DNA of 64,000 bases, from positions 13,669 through 77,668 of the forward strand of contig JAFTII010000030.1 of NCBI GenBank assembly GCA_017457005.1. The letters run 5' to 3'. Origin of the DNA: Alphaproteobacteria bacterium (GTDB lineage: Bacteria > Pseudomonadota > Alphaproteobacteria > RF32 > CAG-239). The notes under the pieces are model-generated. The model had not been told where the DNA came from and ran no database searches. It was given only the letters and a program-made list of their open reading frames with translations. The first letter of the stretch is position 1; every line of letters starts with the position of its first letter. Positions 9,110-18,605 of the stretch are shown here, piece after piece. The translations under genes were made by a program, and so were the position numbers.

Positions 9110-10507
9110 CTATCTACCTGATTTTGTTTTTTGTGTCCTGATATCAACCAAATATTTTTTATCTACATTCTTTTTATATCTGTTATAAATATCTTTAGCC
9201 CATGCAGGAACCTTAGTAAAACTTTCATCAGTTAAAGCCTTTGATGAACGCACCAATAAGTTTGCATCTAACAATTTTTTACATAAAGAATAAGAGCCGT
9301 CTTGTTCAGGACGAACACCTGCTCGTTTTAATCTATCTTCCATTTTTCTGGCATCTTGTAAAACAGATAAGTTATAATCTTCAAATGCTTGAGAATTAAG
9401 TTTTTGAATATTTAATAAATGGCTATAAATTTTACTGTTATACAATAATTTTTCACCTTCGGTTTTTACTTCAAAAAACTGTTGTTGATAATTTCTTGCC
9501 TTTTCATATTCTAAATGTGTTTTAATATCCGCTCTAAAAAACTGGACTTCTGTTTTATACTGCACTTCGCTAAAAAATCTTTCTCCATTTGATAAATTAA
9601 TATGCAGATAATTTTTCATATCTCTATAATTCTTACCATTTTTAAAGAAAGCCTGAGCATTTTTTACATCATTATCCAAATATTTACTTGGTCTTGAGCT
9701 TTTAGTAACATTACCGCTTTCCACACTACGGTCAAATAATGCTACAAGATCATCATACCTTGGTGTCAGAACTGTACAACGTAAAATATCTTTCATTTTC
9801 TGGATCGGAGTTCTTAATTTCGGCAAGTCTAATTCAGAAACATCCGCAACTTTACCTGAGCTTAATTTGGCTAATTCCTTTTGACGTTCCAAATCATATT
9901 TGCCGCCAATCTTAACCTTTTCAATTGCTCTTTTTACATCTTTCATTTTAGGTATAATTACTTTTACCGTTATTTTTTCCTGTACATTATCAGGAATATT
10001 ATTTTCCAACCGCCACGGTGCATCAATCTCATACTCATACATCATTGTTGTATTCGGCCCTACATGCTCCTCAAAATACGGGGTTTCTTCATCTACTTTT
10101 CCTTCCAACAAATTTATATATTTTATTGATTTGGGAGGGCAACCGAATAAAGTATTCAAACTGTTTTTAAATTCATCATATAATTCTTCACGATTTCCGA
10201 AATAATTTTCCAAAAATTCTTTAGTCTCTTTATCTATCTCACCTTTTTGATAACTTTCATTAATTTCTTCTAAATCTTTTTGCGTTTGTAATTTACTTTG
10301 TTCTTTAATTTCTTCAGGTGTCAATTCCAACTGCGGACGACCATATTCACTAACTTCAGCCTTAGTTGCATTATCTATAAATTCTATACGATTATCTACC
10401 GTATCTTGTGGAATTTTAATATCTTCTTCCACATCCAAAACCAGTTCAATTGATTTCGGATCACTAAATTCTTCTTCATTTGCTTTTAATTTTATGTTTT
10501 CAACCAT
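9110..10507 (-). CDS. hypothetical protein with a possible diverged RelA/SpoT-type nucleotidyltransferase core
   Basis: 465 aa. Ordered motifs: KMKDVKRAIEK (spacing of RxKxxxSxxxK), DILRCTVL, NYRDMKNYLH, and EVQYKTEVQFFRADIKTHLEYEK (compare EIQIRTxxxxxWAExxHxxxYK). The ORF itself is solid; the family call is tentative. Confidence 0.45.
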   Translation of the reverse strand: MVENIKLKANEEEFSDPKSIELVLDVEEDIKIPQDTVDNRIEFIDNATKAEVSEYGRPQLELTPEEIKEQSKLQTQKDLEEINESYQKGEIDKETKEFLENYFGNREELYDEFKNSLNTLFGCPPKSIKYINLLEGKVDEETPYFEEHVGPNTTMMYEYEIDAPWRLENNIPDNVQEKITVKVIIPKMKDVKRAIEKVKIGGKYDLERQKELAKLSSGKVADVSELDLPKLRTPIQKMKDILRCTVLTPRYDDLVALFDRSVESGNVTKSSRPSKYLDNDVKNAQAFFKNGKNYRDMKNYLHINLSNGERFFSEVQYKTEVQFFRADIKTHLEYEKARNYQQQFFEVKTEGEKLLYNSKIYSHLLNIQKLNSQAFEDYNLSVLQDARKMEDRLKRAGVRPEQDGSYSLCKKLLDANLLVRSSKALTDESFTKVPAWAKDIYNRYKKNVDKKYLVDIRTQKTKSGR

Positions 10508-10526
10508 TATTACAACTTCTTATAAT

Positions 10527-10560
10527 TATTATTATGATATGACATCATATCATAATAATA
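10527..10560. promoter_or_regulatory. perfect 15-bp inverted repeat (putative operator or 5' leader hairpin) upstream of the 465-aa gene
   Basis: TATTATTATGATATG-ACAT-CATATCATAATAATA, located 20-53 nt upstream of the start codon at 10507. Confidence 0.4.
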
Positions 10561-10582
10561 TTGTTTCAACAAGCAGAAATAT

Positions 10583-10616
10583 AAAAAAAAATCCGCAAAC
10601 TATAAGCTTGCGGACT
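10583..10616 (-). terminator. rho-independent terminator of the 144-aa gene
   Basis: On the minus strand, TCCGCAA-GCTTATAGT-TTGCGGA is followed by T9. Confidence 0.8.
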
Positions 10617-10628
10617 TTAATACAAAGA

Positions 10629-11063
10629 TCACTCACGTCTGAAAATCTGCCCGTTTTTAAAGACAAACATTTCATCAATATATCTGCCTTTTTTGTCGTG
10701 CATACGGAAAACATCTCCATCTTCAATGAAGTTTAATCCGCACTCCAGATAATCTTTGGTAATTTGCATCTTTGTAACTTCAGTAGTTTGAGTAGGTAAA
10801 GATTTTACATACACAATTCCTCGGACTTTTTGCTGATCAAGTGTTTTGCCGTGAAAATCAGCAACAAAACACGGACAACCTAACCATTCATCGGTTTCCC
10901 AATCTCTGGAAAGCCATGCCAATTTAATAAAATAAGGCGCTGAAAGAGATCCTTTATCATCATCTCTGTCAATATCCGCCTCAATAAGTTGAGAAGCCAA
11001 AAAAGCTTTCATCAACTCAATTGCTTTGTCTGCATTAGCAACTACTAAATTTCGTTTTTTCAT
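10629..11063 (-). CDS. hypothetical protein (orphan)
   Basis: 144-aa ORF with its own sigma70-like promoter (TTGACA-16-TATAAC on the minus strand) and terminator. No SD. Confidence 0.6.
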   Translation of the reverse strand: MKKRNLVVANADKAIELMKAFLASQLIEADIDRDDDKGSLSAPYFIKLAWLSRDWETDEWLGCPCFVADFHGKTLDQQKVRGIVYVKSLPTQTTEVTKMQITKDYLECGLNFIEDGDVFRMHDKKGRYIDEMFVFKNGQIFRRE

Positions 11064-11154
11064 AACTTAATATTTTAATAATTACACATAAATAATATCA
11101 CATCATAGGATGAGTTATATACCACTGAATTATTTTGTCAATATTTTACAAATA

Positions 11155-11185
11155 AAAAACCTTCTCTTAATAAAGAGAAGGTTTT
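11155..11185 (-). terminator. rho-independent terminator
   Basis: AAAAACCTTCTCTT-AATAA-AGAGAAGGTTTTT immediately downstream of the 317-aa gene. Confidence 0.75.
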
Positions 11186-11189
11186 TACA

Positions 11190-12143
11190 TCACACCGTAA
11201 AGTCTCCGGTAACAAAATCTATACTGGAAACTTTTCCATCATAGATTTGCATTACTTTTTTACTCTCCGGATTAAATTCCGAAATCACGGCATGAATAGG
11301 TCCCGCACTGTCTTTGAACTTAACAAATCTGCCGGAAACAGATAATGCCTCAACTTCGTCATCAAAAATTTCCTGATAGCTATGAAGTTCATAATTCCAT
11401 ACCCAAACCGAAACACGTCCGTTATCGTTAACAATAAAAGATGGTCCCGCCCCGATACGTTTGGTAGCATAGAAAGTTGAACCGTTATCAACTATTCGCC
11501 AAATAAGAAAATCATCGTCCATTGTTTGAATAGCAACATATTCTGCTGTTTTCTCAATTTCCGAAAGGGCGGCGGTTTCATGTTCGGTAAAACATACCTT
11601 GAGATTTTTTCCGGAATATACTTTTTTTACCGGATAATCATACAACACTCCACAGTGTAAAATCATAAACTGAAGAGATGGAACGCCAAGAACTGTAGGT
11701 TTTTCAAGCACAAAAGATGCGGCATTCAATCTGGTTCCCAATTTTGTAAATCTTGACCAAGAAACCATATTCCAACAATTATCATCGTTACAATATAGCA
11801 AAGGCATTCTTCCTCCTGAAACTTTTTCATATTCCCAAGCCAAAATTTCCTCTGTTCGCCAACCGTTACAATCATGTACTTCCATCTGATAACCGTTTTC
11901 ATATTTATAGAAGTAATATTTATTATTGCCTACTTTGCAATAACCATCAGCTGTACAGATAACGTATATAGCCAAAATCAAGAGCAACGGTATTCCAAGT
12001 ATCCAGCAATCATGCCACCACATAATACTTACAACACCTACCATAGCCACCACCATAAGGAGCAATTCCCAATGTTCGCATAAACGTTTCCATGCAGAAA
12101 CAACTGTTAGCCTGGACCAACGAAAAGATTTTAATTTTATCAT
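11190..12143 (-). CDS. hypothetical membrane protein (orphan)
   Basis: 317 aa with two N-terminal TM helices followed by a W/C-rich soluble domain. Promoter-like TTGCAA-17-TATAGT upstream. No SD. Confidence 0.6.
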   Translation of the reverse strand: MIKLKSFRWSRLTVVSAWKRLCEHWELLLMVVAMVGVVSIMWWHDCWILGIPLLLILAIYVICTADGYCKVGNNKYYFYKYENGYQMEVHDCNGWRTEEILAWEYEKVSGGRMPLLYCNDDNCWNMVSWSRFTKLGTRLNAASFVLEKPTVLGVPSLQFMILHCGVLYDYPVKKVYSGKNLKVCFTEHETAALSEIEKTAEYVAIQTMDDDFLIWRIVDNGSTFYATKRIGAGPSFIVNDNGRVSVWVWNYELHSYQEIFDDEVEALSVSGRFVKFKDSAGPIHAVISEFNPESKKVMQIYDGKVSSIDFVTGDFTV

Positions 12144-12342
12144 AATACAATATTGTTATTTGTTAATAATAGTAATTTATTTAACTATATATTTATATTT
12201 TATCATTTGCAACTATAAAATAACGCTATTTTGTCCATAAGATTAATTAGATAAAACCACATAATAAACCGACTACCTTAATTAAAACTGCAATACAAAT
12301 TTGCAATACTTAAAAATATAAAACTAATCCAAACTAAAAAAC

Positions 12343-12374
12343 AAAAAAGAGAAGGTATATTCCTTCTCTTTTTT
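12343..12374 (-). terminator. rho-independent terminator
   Basis: AAAAAAGAGAAGG-TATAT-TCCTTCTCTTTTTT downstream of the 115-aa gene. Confidence 0.75.
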
Positions 12375-12386
12375 GTCGTAAACATC

Positions 12387-12734
12387 CTATTGTGTTATAC
12401 CGGTACGCTCATATTTCTTTCCGCAATTATATGTCTCTTGCCAAGTAATAAGTATCTTTTCACCGGTTTCTTTAGACATAACCCTAAACGATTGTTCAAA
12501 ACCATTGGAATAGATGAAAAGCTTCAATTTATAAATCAACTCAGCAGTTGATAGTCCGGCATCAGTAGTTTTAAGAAATTCTGTTACACTTGCAATTTGT
12601 GAATCAGACCAATAATAACCACGAGCATCAAACTCATGTAACCTGACTACATCTCCATTCGGAGCCTCAATTTTTTTAGCAAATGCAGAAACAGACATTG
12701 CCAAACAAAGGATAATCATAATAATTTTTTTCAT
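12387..12734 (-). CDS. small secreted hypothetical protein
   Basis: 115 aa with a cleavable-looking signal peptide (MKKIIMIILCLAMSVSAFA). No SD. Confidence 0.6.
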   Translation of the reverse strand: MKKIIMIILCLAMSVSAFAKKIEAPNGDVVRLHEFDARGYYWSDSQIASVTEFLKTTDAGLSTAELIYKLKLFIYSNGFEQSFRVMSKETGEKILITWQETYNCGKKYERTGITQ

Positions 12735-12885
12735 TTTTTAAGTTTTGTGATCTATAAAACAAATCTTTATAGATCTGATTAATAATTTAATATTCTTAAT
12801 TTTACTACCTATAAAATATCTACTTTTATCTATGTGTCAATACAATATCCAAAATTCATCAGAAATATATCTGTCAGCACGTAAC

Positions 12886-13152
12886 CTATGCAATTCGCTT
12901 ATTATCAATTAAAGCCATATCAATAGCTTTTGCTAACTGATCTGCACAAGATGTCCCCTTTCCTCTGCAATCATTTCCACGCAATATGTCTGCAACTTCT
13001 TGTGCCGAACGTCCTTCCACAAGCTTTGCTATAGCTTTCAAATTTCCGATACACCCACCGCTAAAGTGCAAATTATATAACTTACCATCTTCTAAATCAA
13101 AACTGATATTTGTAGAACATACACCCTGTGTATTATAAGAAAAACTTGTCAT
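12886..13152 (-). CDS. TSCPD-domain protein (TIGR03905-like, four-Cys)
   Basis: MTSFSYNTQGVCSTNISFDLEDGKLYNLHFSGGCIGNLKAIAKLVEGRSAQEV...TSCADQLAKAI matches the family closely. I set the start at the ATG at 13152, which has SD GGGAGAA. The track ORF extends to 13197. Confidence 0.82.
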   Translation of the reverse strand: MTSFSYNTQGVCSTNISFDLEDGKLYNLHFSGGCIGNLKAIAKLVEGRSAQEVADILRGNDCRGKGTSCADQLAKAIDMALIDNKRIA

Positions 13153-13259
13153 TTTTATTTTCTCCCAATCAATCTTAAAAAGTCTATAGCAAAACAAACC
13201 GCTTTTTACAACAAAAAATAGCTCAGATACAAAATCTGAACTATTTTCATAAAAAACTA

Positions 13260-13748
13260 TTACTCTACTTTTAGAGCCAATATCGGACGAACACCCGAAG
13301 CCAAAGCTTTGTCTGCTCTATCCTGTATATTGGCAAAGTCAAAACCTACCCTAAACGCCCAATATTTTTCGAATTCACGAGTAGTCCAATACATACCATG
13401 ACGCCATCTTTTGCCTATAAGCTTAAAAGTACTTACAAGCGTATGATATTGCAATGAAGCATAGTACGCCTGAGAAAAGTCATAATTAATAACTTTTTCA
13501 TTGTTTTTACAAGGATAACGAAGATCATGAATATAACGCTGTGCTGCAGCCCAATGCAAACGTTCTTCTTTAACATCCACAAGTTCAGAAGCTGTCAAAT
13601 CGCCATAGATGACACCATCTTTAACCAACTCAACAACCGCTTTGATTTTTTTATCCGTCAACCTTTCAAATGAAAAGGTATCATCTTCATACCAAATCAT
13701 TCCGACACCAACTAGCGTAATGTCAATTTTATTAAACTTTTCTTCCAT
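13260..13748 (-). CDS. hypothetical protein, possibly DUF1566-like
   Basis: 162 aa. MIWYEDD, LHWAAAQRYIHDL and YWTTRE...YWAFRVGFDF...GVRPILAL resemble the DUF1566 pattern (weak). No SD. A hairpin terminator lies downstream. Confidence 0.5.
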   Translation of the reverse strand: MEEKFNKIDITLVGVGMIWYEDDTFSFERLTDKKIKAVVELVKDGVIYGDLTASELVDVKEERLHWAAAQRYIHDLRYPCKNNEKVINYDFSQAYYASLQYHTLVSTFKLIGKRWRHGMYWTTREFEKYWAFRVGFDFANIQDRADKALASGVRPILALKVE

Positions 13749-13864
13749 AATTATAAAATATTAAATTAAACTTAGTAATAATAATTATTATTTATGTACA
13801 CACTTAGCATAAATCACACTATTTGCAACAAAAAAAATCTCTTCACAATGAAGAGACCTTTAAA

Positions 13865-13941
13865 TGGTGGGCCCTGATGGACTCGAACCAACGACCAGAC
13901 CGTTATGAGCGGCCTGCTCTAACCAACTGAGCTAAGGGCCC
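13865..13941 (-). tRNA. tRNA with CAU anticodon, most likely the lysidine-dependent tRNA-Ile2
   Basis: The reverse complement GGGCCCTTAGCTCAGTTGGTTAGAGCAGGCCGCTCATAACGGTCTGGTCGTTGGTTCGAGTCCATCAGGGCCCACCA is close to my memory of E. coli ileX rather than the initiator or elongator Met tRNAs. A hairpin plus T-run (13831-13858) follows. Confidence 0.85.
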
Positions 13942-14050
13942 GTCAATCGGATGCAACATTAAATAAGACAAATCCTAGTCATAGTCAAGATATTTTTAAT
14001 ATTCTTTACACAAAAAAATACTTGAGAACAAAATTCTCAAGTATTTTTTA

Positions 14051-14458
14051 TTAAACTTCAGGAACCCAACTGCGCCAATCCGGTATGAGAGCAATCTCTT
14101 TTGCCTCTATCGCATTAGAAAATACTTTAATGATATTCCTGATATCTTCTGAAAGCTCTTGTTCTTTCAGACTATTCATCCACATAAGAATTTCTTCTTC
14201 ATGCAGCTTAAAATTCTCTTCAAACACGCTAATATAGTTTTCCACCAACTCACGCATATCCCGATAGCCATATTTGCGTTCCACATTTTTTGTATTCTTC
14301 TCACAAATCGTAAGATTACTTACCCACTCATTTAGTATTGCATAAGCTTGCAATAACTCTTTAGCATTACACTTAATATGACCGCCTAAGATCAAACCAC
14401 ATAAATTAATAGCATCAGAATACTCTTCTTTTGCTCTTTCTAACAATTTTTGCATCAT
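14051..14458 (-). CDS. hypothetical protein (orphan)
   Basis: I trimmed the ORF to start at MMQKLLERAKEE (14458), because the track N-terminus (to 14530) runs through the rpoD terminator palindrome. No SD. Terminator at 14012-14049. Confidence 0.5.
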   Translation of the reverse strand: MMQKLLERAKEEYSDAINLCGLILGGHIKCNAKELLQAYAILNEWVSNLTICEKNTKNVERKYGYRDMRELVENYISVFEENFKLHEEEILMWMNSLKEQELSEDIRNIIKVFSNAIEAKEIALIPDWRSWVPEV

Positions 14459-14507
14459 AATATAACATAAGCTTAGAAAATTAAACATAAATAAACGTCC
14501 ATAAAAT

Positions 14508-14539
14508 AACACCCTTGACAATATTGTCAAGGGTGTTAG
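14508..14539. terminator. 32-nt perfect palindrome downstream of rpoD (terminator and/or operator)
   Basis: TAACACCCTTGACAAT|ATTGTCAAGGGTGTTA lies 12 nt after the rpoD stop. Confidence 0.6.
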
Positions 14540-14550
14540 CGCAAATTTTA

Positions 14551-16626
14551 TTATTGATCCAAAAAGCTTCTCAACTTACGTGAACGGCTCGGATGTTTGA
14601 GCTTACGTAATGCCTTAGCTTCAATTTGACGAATACGTTCACGAGTAACATTAAATTGTTGCCCGACTTCTTCCAATGTATGATCTGTATTCATACCGAT
14701 ACCGAAACGCATTCTCAATACCCTCTCCTCTCTAGGAGTAAGTGAAGATAAAATACGGGTACACGTTTCTTTTAAATTTGAATGAATAGCTGAATCCAAC
14801 GGTTGTAAAGCACTCTCATCAGCAATAAAATCGCCCAAAGATGAATCTTCCTCATCACCAACCGGAGCTTCCAAAGAAACCGGCTCTTTAGCAATTTTCA
14901 TAACTTTACGCACTTTTTCTAAAGGCATAGATAAACGTTTAGCCAATTCTTCAGGCACCGGCTCACGTCCCATTTCTGCCAACATCTGACGAGAAGTTCT
15001 AACCAATTTATTAATCGTTTCAATCATATGCACCGGAATACGAATTGTCCGAGCCTGATCTGCAATAGAACGAGTAATTGCTTGTCTTATCCACCAAGTT
15101 GCATACGTAGAAAACTTATAACCACGGCGATATTCAAACTTGTCAACGGCTTTCATTAAACCGATATTACCCTCTTGAATCAAATCCAAAAACTGAAGAC
15201 CGCGATTAGTATATTTTTTAGCAATGGAAATAACCAAACGCAAATTTGCTTCAATCATTTCTTTTTTAGCTTTTTCAGCTTCTCGCTCGCCTTTTTTGAT
15301 GGTATCAACCATTCTACGATATTCTGAAATCGGCAAACCGCATTCTTGCGCCATTTTAGCAACAGAATCTCTTAATTCAACAATTTCCACTCCGTATTTT
15401 TCAACAAATGCTTGCCAATGCTTATCTTTTTTCTTGGAAATATCATCTACCCAATTGGGGGACAACTCAGATTTTTGGTAAACACTCAAAAAATCTTCAC
15501 GTTTAATTTTACAAGATAACGCATAACGCATTAGCTTACCTTCAAGCCCCATCAAACGTTTATTAAGTTCATTAAGTTGCTCTACCAATTGCTCTACTCT
15601 GGTTGCATTAAGATGAATAGAGCTCATCAATTCAACCAAATCTTTTTTAACTTCCAAATAACGTTTTTCAATATTCGGAGCCACTTTTTTACCGGCAATA
15701 ATTGCGGTTACACGTTGTTCTTGAATTTTTTTCAACTCATCATAATAACTGGAAATTTTATTTAATATTTCCAAAACCGGCTCTTTCAAAGCATCTTCCA
15801 TAGCAGATACAGAGGCTGATGTTCTGCCGCTTCCGCTGTCTAAATCATCATCACCGGAATTTTCGCTATCTTCACCGTCATTAATATCATCTGATGTTTC
15901 ATCTTCTTCAGGTTCATCATCAACAACGCTGTCTAATTCCATATCATCATCAGCGAGGTCATCATCTATATCATCCAAATTTTCTTTAGATGCTAAATCA
16001 GCCGCAACTTTGTCTAAATCTTCATTTGCAGTATCTTCTTCATCTGCAAAATCCATTCCTTCAACATCGGCTCCATACATCATTTCCAAATCAACGATAT
16101 CACGTAATTGCATCGTACCGTTGATTAATTCATCTCGCCAATCAGCAATTGCTTTAATTGTCATCGGACTTTCACAAAGTCCATCTATCATAACTGTTTT
16201 TCCGGCTTCTATTCTTTTGGCAATTGCAATTTCACCTTCCCGAGATAAGAGTTCTACAGTACCCATCTCTTTAAGATACATTCTAACCGGATCATCGCTG
16301 CGACCTAAATCTTTTTCATCAAAATTGCCGCCTTCGTCATCATCATCGGAAAAATTATCATCTTCTATAACATCTTGCTCAAACCCATCCGCATCAGACT
16401 CAGTAATAATACTAATTCCCAAATCAGCAATATTAGTCATAATATCTTCAATATTTTCAGATGATTCTCTCTCCGGAGGCAAAGCTTTATTCAATTCCTC
16501 CACGGTAATATATCCGCGAGATTTTCCTTTTTCAATCAAACGCTTAACTGCGCTACCCAAAGAATCAATCAAGGGTGCATCTGTATTTTGAGCATCATAC
16601 AGATCTGAATTTTCTATATCTGACAT
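14551..16626 (-). CDS. rpoD: RNA polymerase sigma-70 factor RpoD
   Basis: 691 aa with region 1.1, a long acidic non-conserved insert, [27 protein letters not shown] (region 2) and the region 4.2 helix-turn-helix [26 protein letters not shown]. Confidence 0.96.
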   Translation of the reverse strand: MSDIENSDLYDAQNTDAPLIDSLGSAVKRLIEKGKSRGYITVEELNKALPPERESSENIEDIMTNIADLGISIITESDADGFEQDVIEDDNFSDDDDEGGNFDEKDLGRSDDPVRMYLKEMGTVELLSREGEIAIAKRIEAGKTVMIDGLCESPMTIKAIADWRDELINGTMQLRDIVDLEMMYGADVEGMDFADEEDTANEDLDKVAADLASKENLDDIDDDLADDDMELDSVVDDEPEEDETSDDINDGEDSENSGDDDLDSGSGRTSASVSAMEDALKEPVLEILNKISSYYDELKKIQEQRVTAIIAGKKVAPNIEKRYLEVKKDLVELMSSIHLNATRVEQLVEQLNELNKRLMGLEGKLMRYALSCKIKREDFLSVYQKSELSPNWVDDISKKKDKHWQAFVEKYGVEIVELRDSVAKMAQECGLPISEYRRMVDTIKKGEREAEKAKKEMIEANLRLVISIAKKYTNRGLQFLDLIQEGNIGLMKAVDKFEYRRGYKFSTYATWWIRQAITRSIADQARTIRIPVHMIETINKLVRTSRQMLAEMGREPVPEELAKRLSMPLEKVRKVMKIAKEPVSLEAPVGDEEDSSLGDFIADESALQPLDSAIHSNLKETCTRILSSLTPREERVLRMRFGIGMNTDHTLEEVGQQFNVTRERIRQIEAKALRKLKHPSRSRKLRSFLDQ

Positions 16627-16680
16627 AAACGTTCCTTAACATACAAACCGGTTTTAAGCTCACACTACGAGCCATTGGCA

Positions 16681-16708
16681 CTTTTACTTATTTTTGAAAA
16701 AATGTCAA
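16681..16708 (-). promoter_or_regulatory. candidate sigma70 promoter for rpoD in the dnaG-rpoD spacer
   Basis: On the minus strand: cccTTGACA-16 nt-TAAAAG. Confidence 0.35.
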
Positions 16709-16779
16709 GGGTTTAGATATATTTTTTTATAAAATTTCTGCGCATTTGCTCCGATTCGCGCTAAACCATTATCTTTTAA

Positions 16780-18585
16780 TCAGATTTCGTTTTGCACATC
16801 CAACAATGCAGCTCGCTCTTTTTTCAACGACTCGTAACGCAAATATACTTCGTCAGAAAAATCACTTGTTTGTATAACCCTAACACATTCCCTTATTTCA
16901 GCTTCAAGTTGTTTTAGTTGTACTTCAATAATTCGTTCATCCAGATTCTTGCGCATTTTTATGATATCCGGACATTGTTTACGAAGCATACTTAATTCAA
17001 TTTGTTTCTTTAAAACTTCTTCAAAACCGTTATTATGCAAAACTTTTAATAAATTTTCCGTATCATTAAATTCTTGCTCATTATGAAGCATATCCAGCAA
17101 ATATTCGTACAAATCACGCAATTTATCATTTTTAATATTAAAATTAAGCAGTTTTTCTTCATATTCTGCAATAAGGCTCGGATAACTTATTAACGCAGAC
17201 ACCACATATTCAGCCACTAAATCATCCAAATTTGTTTTTATGGTTCCGGCCAAGGAAACCGTAACTTTATCATTTTTATTGTAATTACGAGTTTTTTTAT
17301 CATAAGGCTGCCAAGAACCTCTTCCTATTTCATGATAAATCTTACTTTTCATATCCTGGATATAATATCCGCGGACTGCTTCATCTGCTATTTTAGCAAC
17401 ATCATCTTTAATATTCTTTTCCAAAAGAGCTTTTTGTTCCGGAGTATTTGTCGGCACCGCATCGGCATTTTTCTTCCATAACAAATCCTTAAGCGGCATA
17501 TTCTCATTAATAACTTTCAAAAACTCATCTCTTCCATGAGCTTTCAAGAACTCATCAGGATCTTGTTTATCCGGCAAAAAAGCATACTTAAGAGAAAAAC
17601 CGGGCTTTAAAATTGGCAACACTCTATCAACCGAACGAACCGCAGCTCTGATACCGGCATTATCTCCATCAAAGCAACAAACAGGTTCCGCCACAACCTT
17701 CCACGCTTCTGAAATCTGATCTTCCGTTAAAGCCGTCCCAAGAGGAGCAACAGCATAATCAATGCCATACTTATCCATGGCAATTACGTCCATATACCCC
17801 TCACAAATAATCAAACTTTTTGCATTATATCCGGCATCTCTGGCATTATTCAAATTATACAATATTCTACGTTTATTAAACACCGGAGTTTCCGGAGAAT
17901 TCAGATATTTAGGCTGACTTCCATCCATAACTCTTCCGCCAAAAGCAATAACTTTACCCCGTTTATCAATAATCGGTATCATTACTCTGTTTCGGAAAAA
18001 ATCATGCGATCGTTTACCTTCAGGTATTGTCAAAAGCCCCAGTTCTGCCATTTCCGCCTCACTTACTCCCTTAGAAGCAAGTTGCGCTTTCAGACCATTA
18101 TTATTAGGAGCAAAACCTAATCTGAACTTTGTAATAATGGAATCATCAAACCCTCTGGCATACAAATAATCTAATGCCTCACGCCCACCGGTCAAACGCA
18201 AATTTTTTTCAAAAAATTTAGCGGCCATTTCCATAATATCATAGGCCGTGTTACGCTTTTCAACCACTTCTTTAGTTTCCGGATTTAGTTTCGGCAATTG
18301 CATTCCGACCTTATGAGCTAGTTTTTCAACCGCATCAATAAAGGTTAATCCGTTAGCATCCATTTCAAATTTGATTATATCTCCATGGGCGCCGCAACCG
18401 AAGCAATGATAGAAACCTTTAGCTTCATTTACGGTAAAAGAAGGTGTTTTTTCATTATGAAACGGACACAATCCGGTATGTTCACGCCCTTTACGCGTAA
18501 GCTTAACCTTTTGTCCGACCACATCAGCAATAGATATCTTTGCTCGCAGTTCATCACAAAATTTTTGTAAGTCCGTATTTGCCAT
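16780..18585 (-). CDS. dnaG: DNA primase DnaG
   Basis: 601 aa with zinc ribbon CPFHNEKTPSFTVNEAKGFYHCFGCGAHGD and Toprim motifs (EGYMDVIA, FDGDNAG). Confidence 0.96.
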   Translation of the reverse strand: MANTDLQKFCDELRAKISIADVVGQKVKLTRKGREHTGLCPFHNEKTPSFTVNEAKGFYHCFGCGAHGDIIKFEMDANGLTFIDAVEKLAHKVGMQLPKLNPETKEVVEKRNTAYDIMEMAAKFFEKNLRLTGGREALDYLYARGFDDSIITKFRLGFAPNNNGLKAQLASKGVSEAEMAELGLLTIPEGKRSHDFFRNRVMIPIIDKRGKVIAFGGRVMDGSQPKYLNSPETPVFNKRRILYNLNNARDAGYNAKSLIICEGYMDVIAMDKYGIDYAVAPLGTALTEDQISEAWKVVAEPVCCFDGDNAGIRAAVRSVDRVLPILKPGFSLKYAFLPDKQDPDEFLKAHGRDEFLKVINENMPLKDLLWKKNADAVPTNTPEQKALLEKNIKDDVAKIADEAVRGYYIQDMKSKIYHEIGRGSWQPYDKKTRNYNKNDKVTVSLAGTIKTNLDDLVAEYVVSALISYPSLIAEYEEKLLNFNIKNDKLRDLYEYLLDMLHNEQEFNDTENLLKVLHNNGFEEVLKKQIELSMLRKQCPDIIKMRKNLDERIIEVQLKQLEAEIRECVRVIQTSDFSDEVYLRYESLKKERAALLDVQNEI

Positions 18586-18605
18586 TTAGCACCTGAATTT
18601 AAATT

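Noticed and set aside
11155-12374. The shared AGAGAAGG/CCTTCTCT stems in two terminators, considered as a REP- or CRISPR-like repeat family
   Set aside because: There are only two copies, each a plain terminator hairpin at a gene end, with no regular spacing and no array.
14459-14530. The N-terminal 24 codons of track ORF 14051-14530
   Set aside because: They overlap the perfect palindrome that terminates rpoD. The internal MMQKLL start is more plausible.
16010-16591. 193-aa Ser-rich ORF on the plus strand
   Set aside because: It is the antisense shadow of the acidic (GAT/GAA-rich) region of rpoD. Its low-complexity Ser/Ile composition is what that produces.
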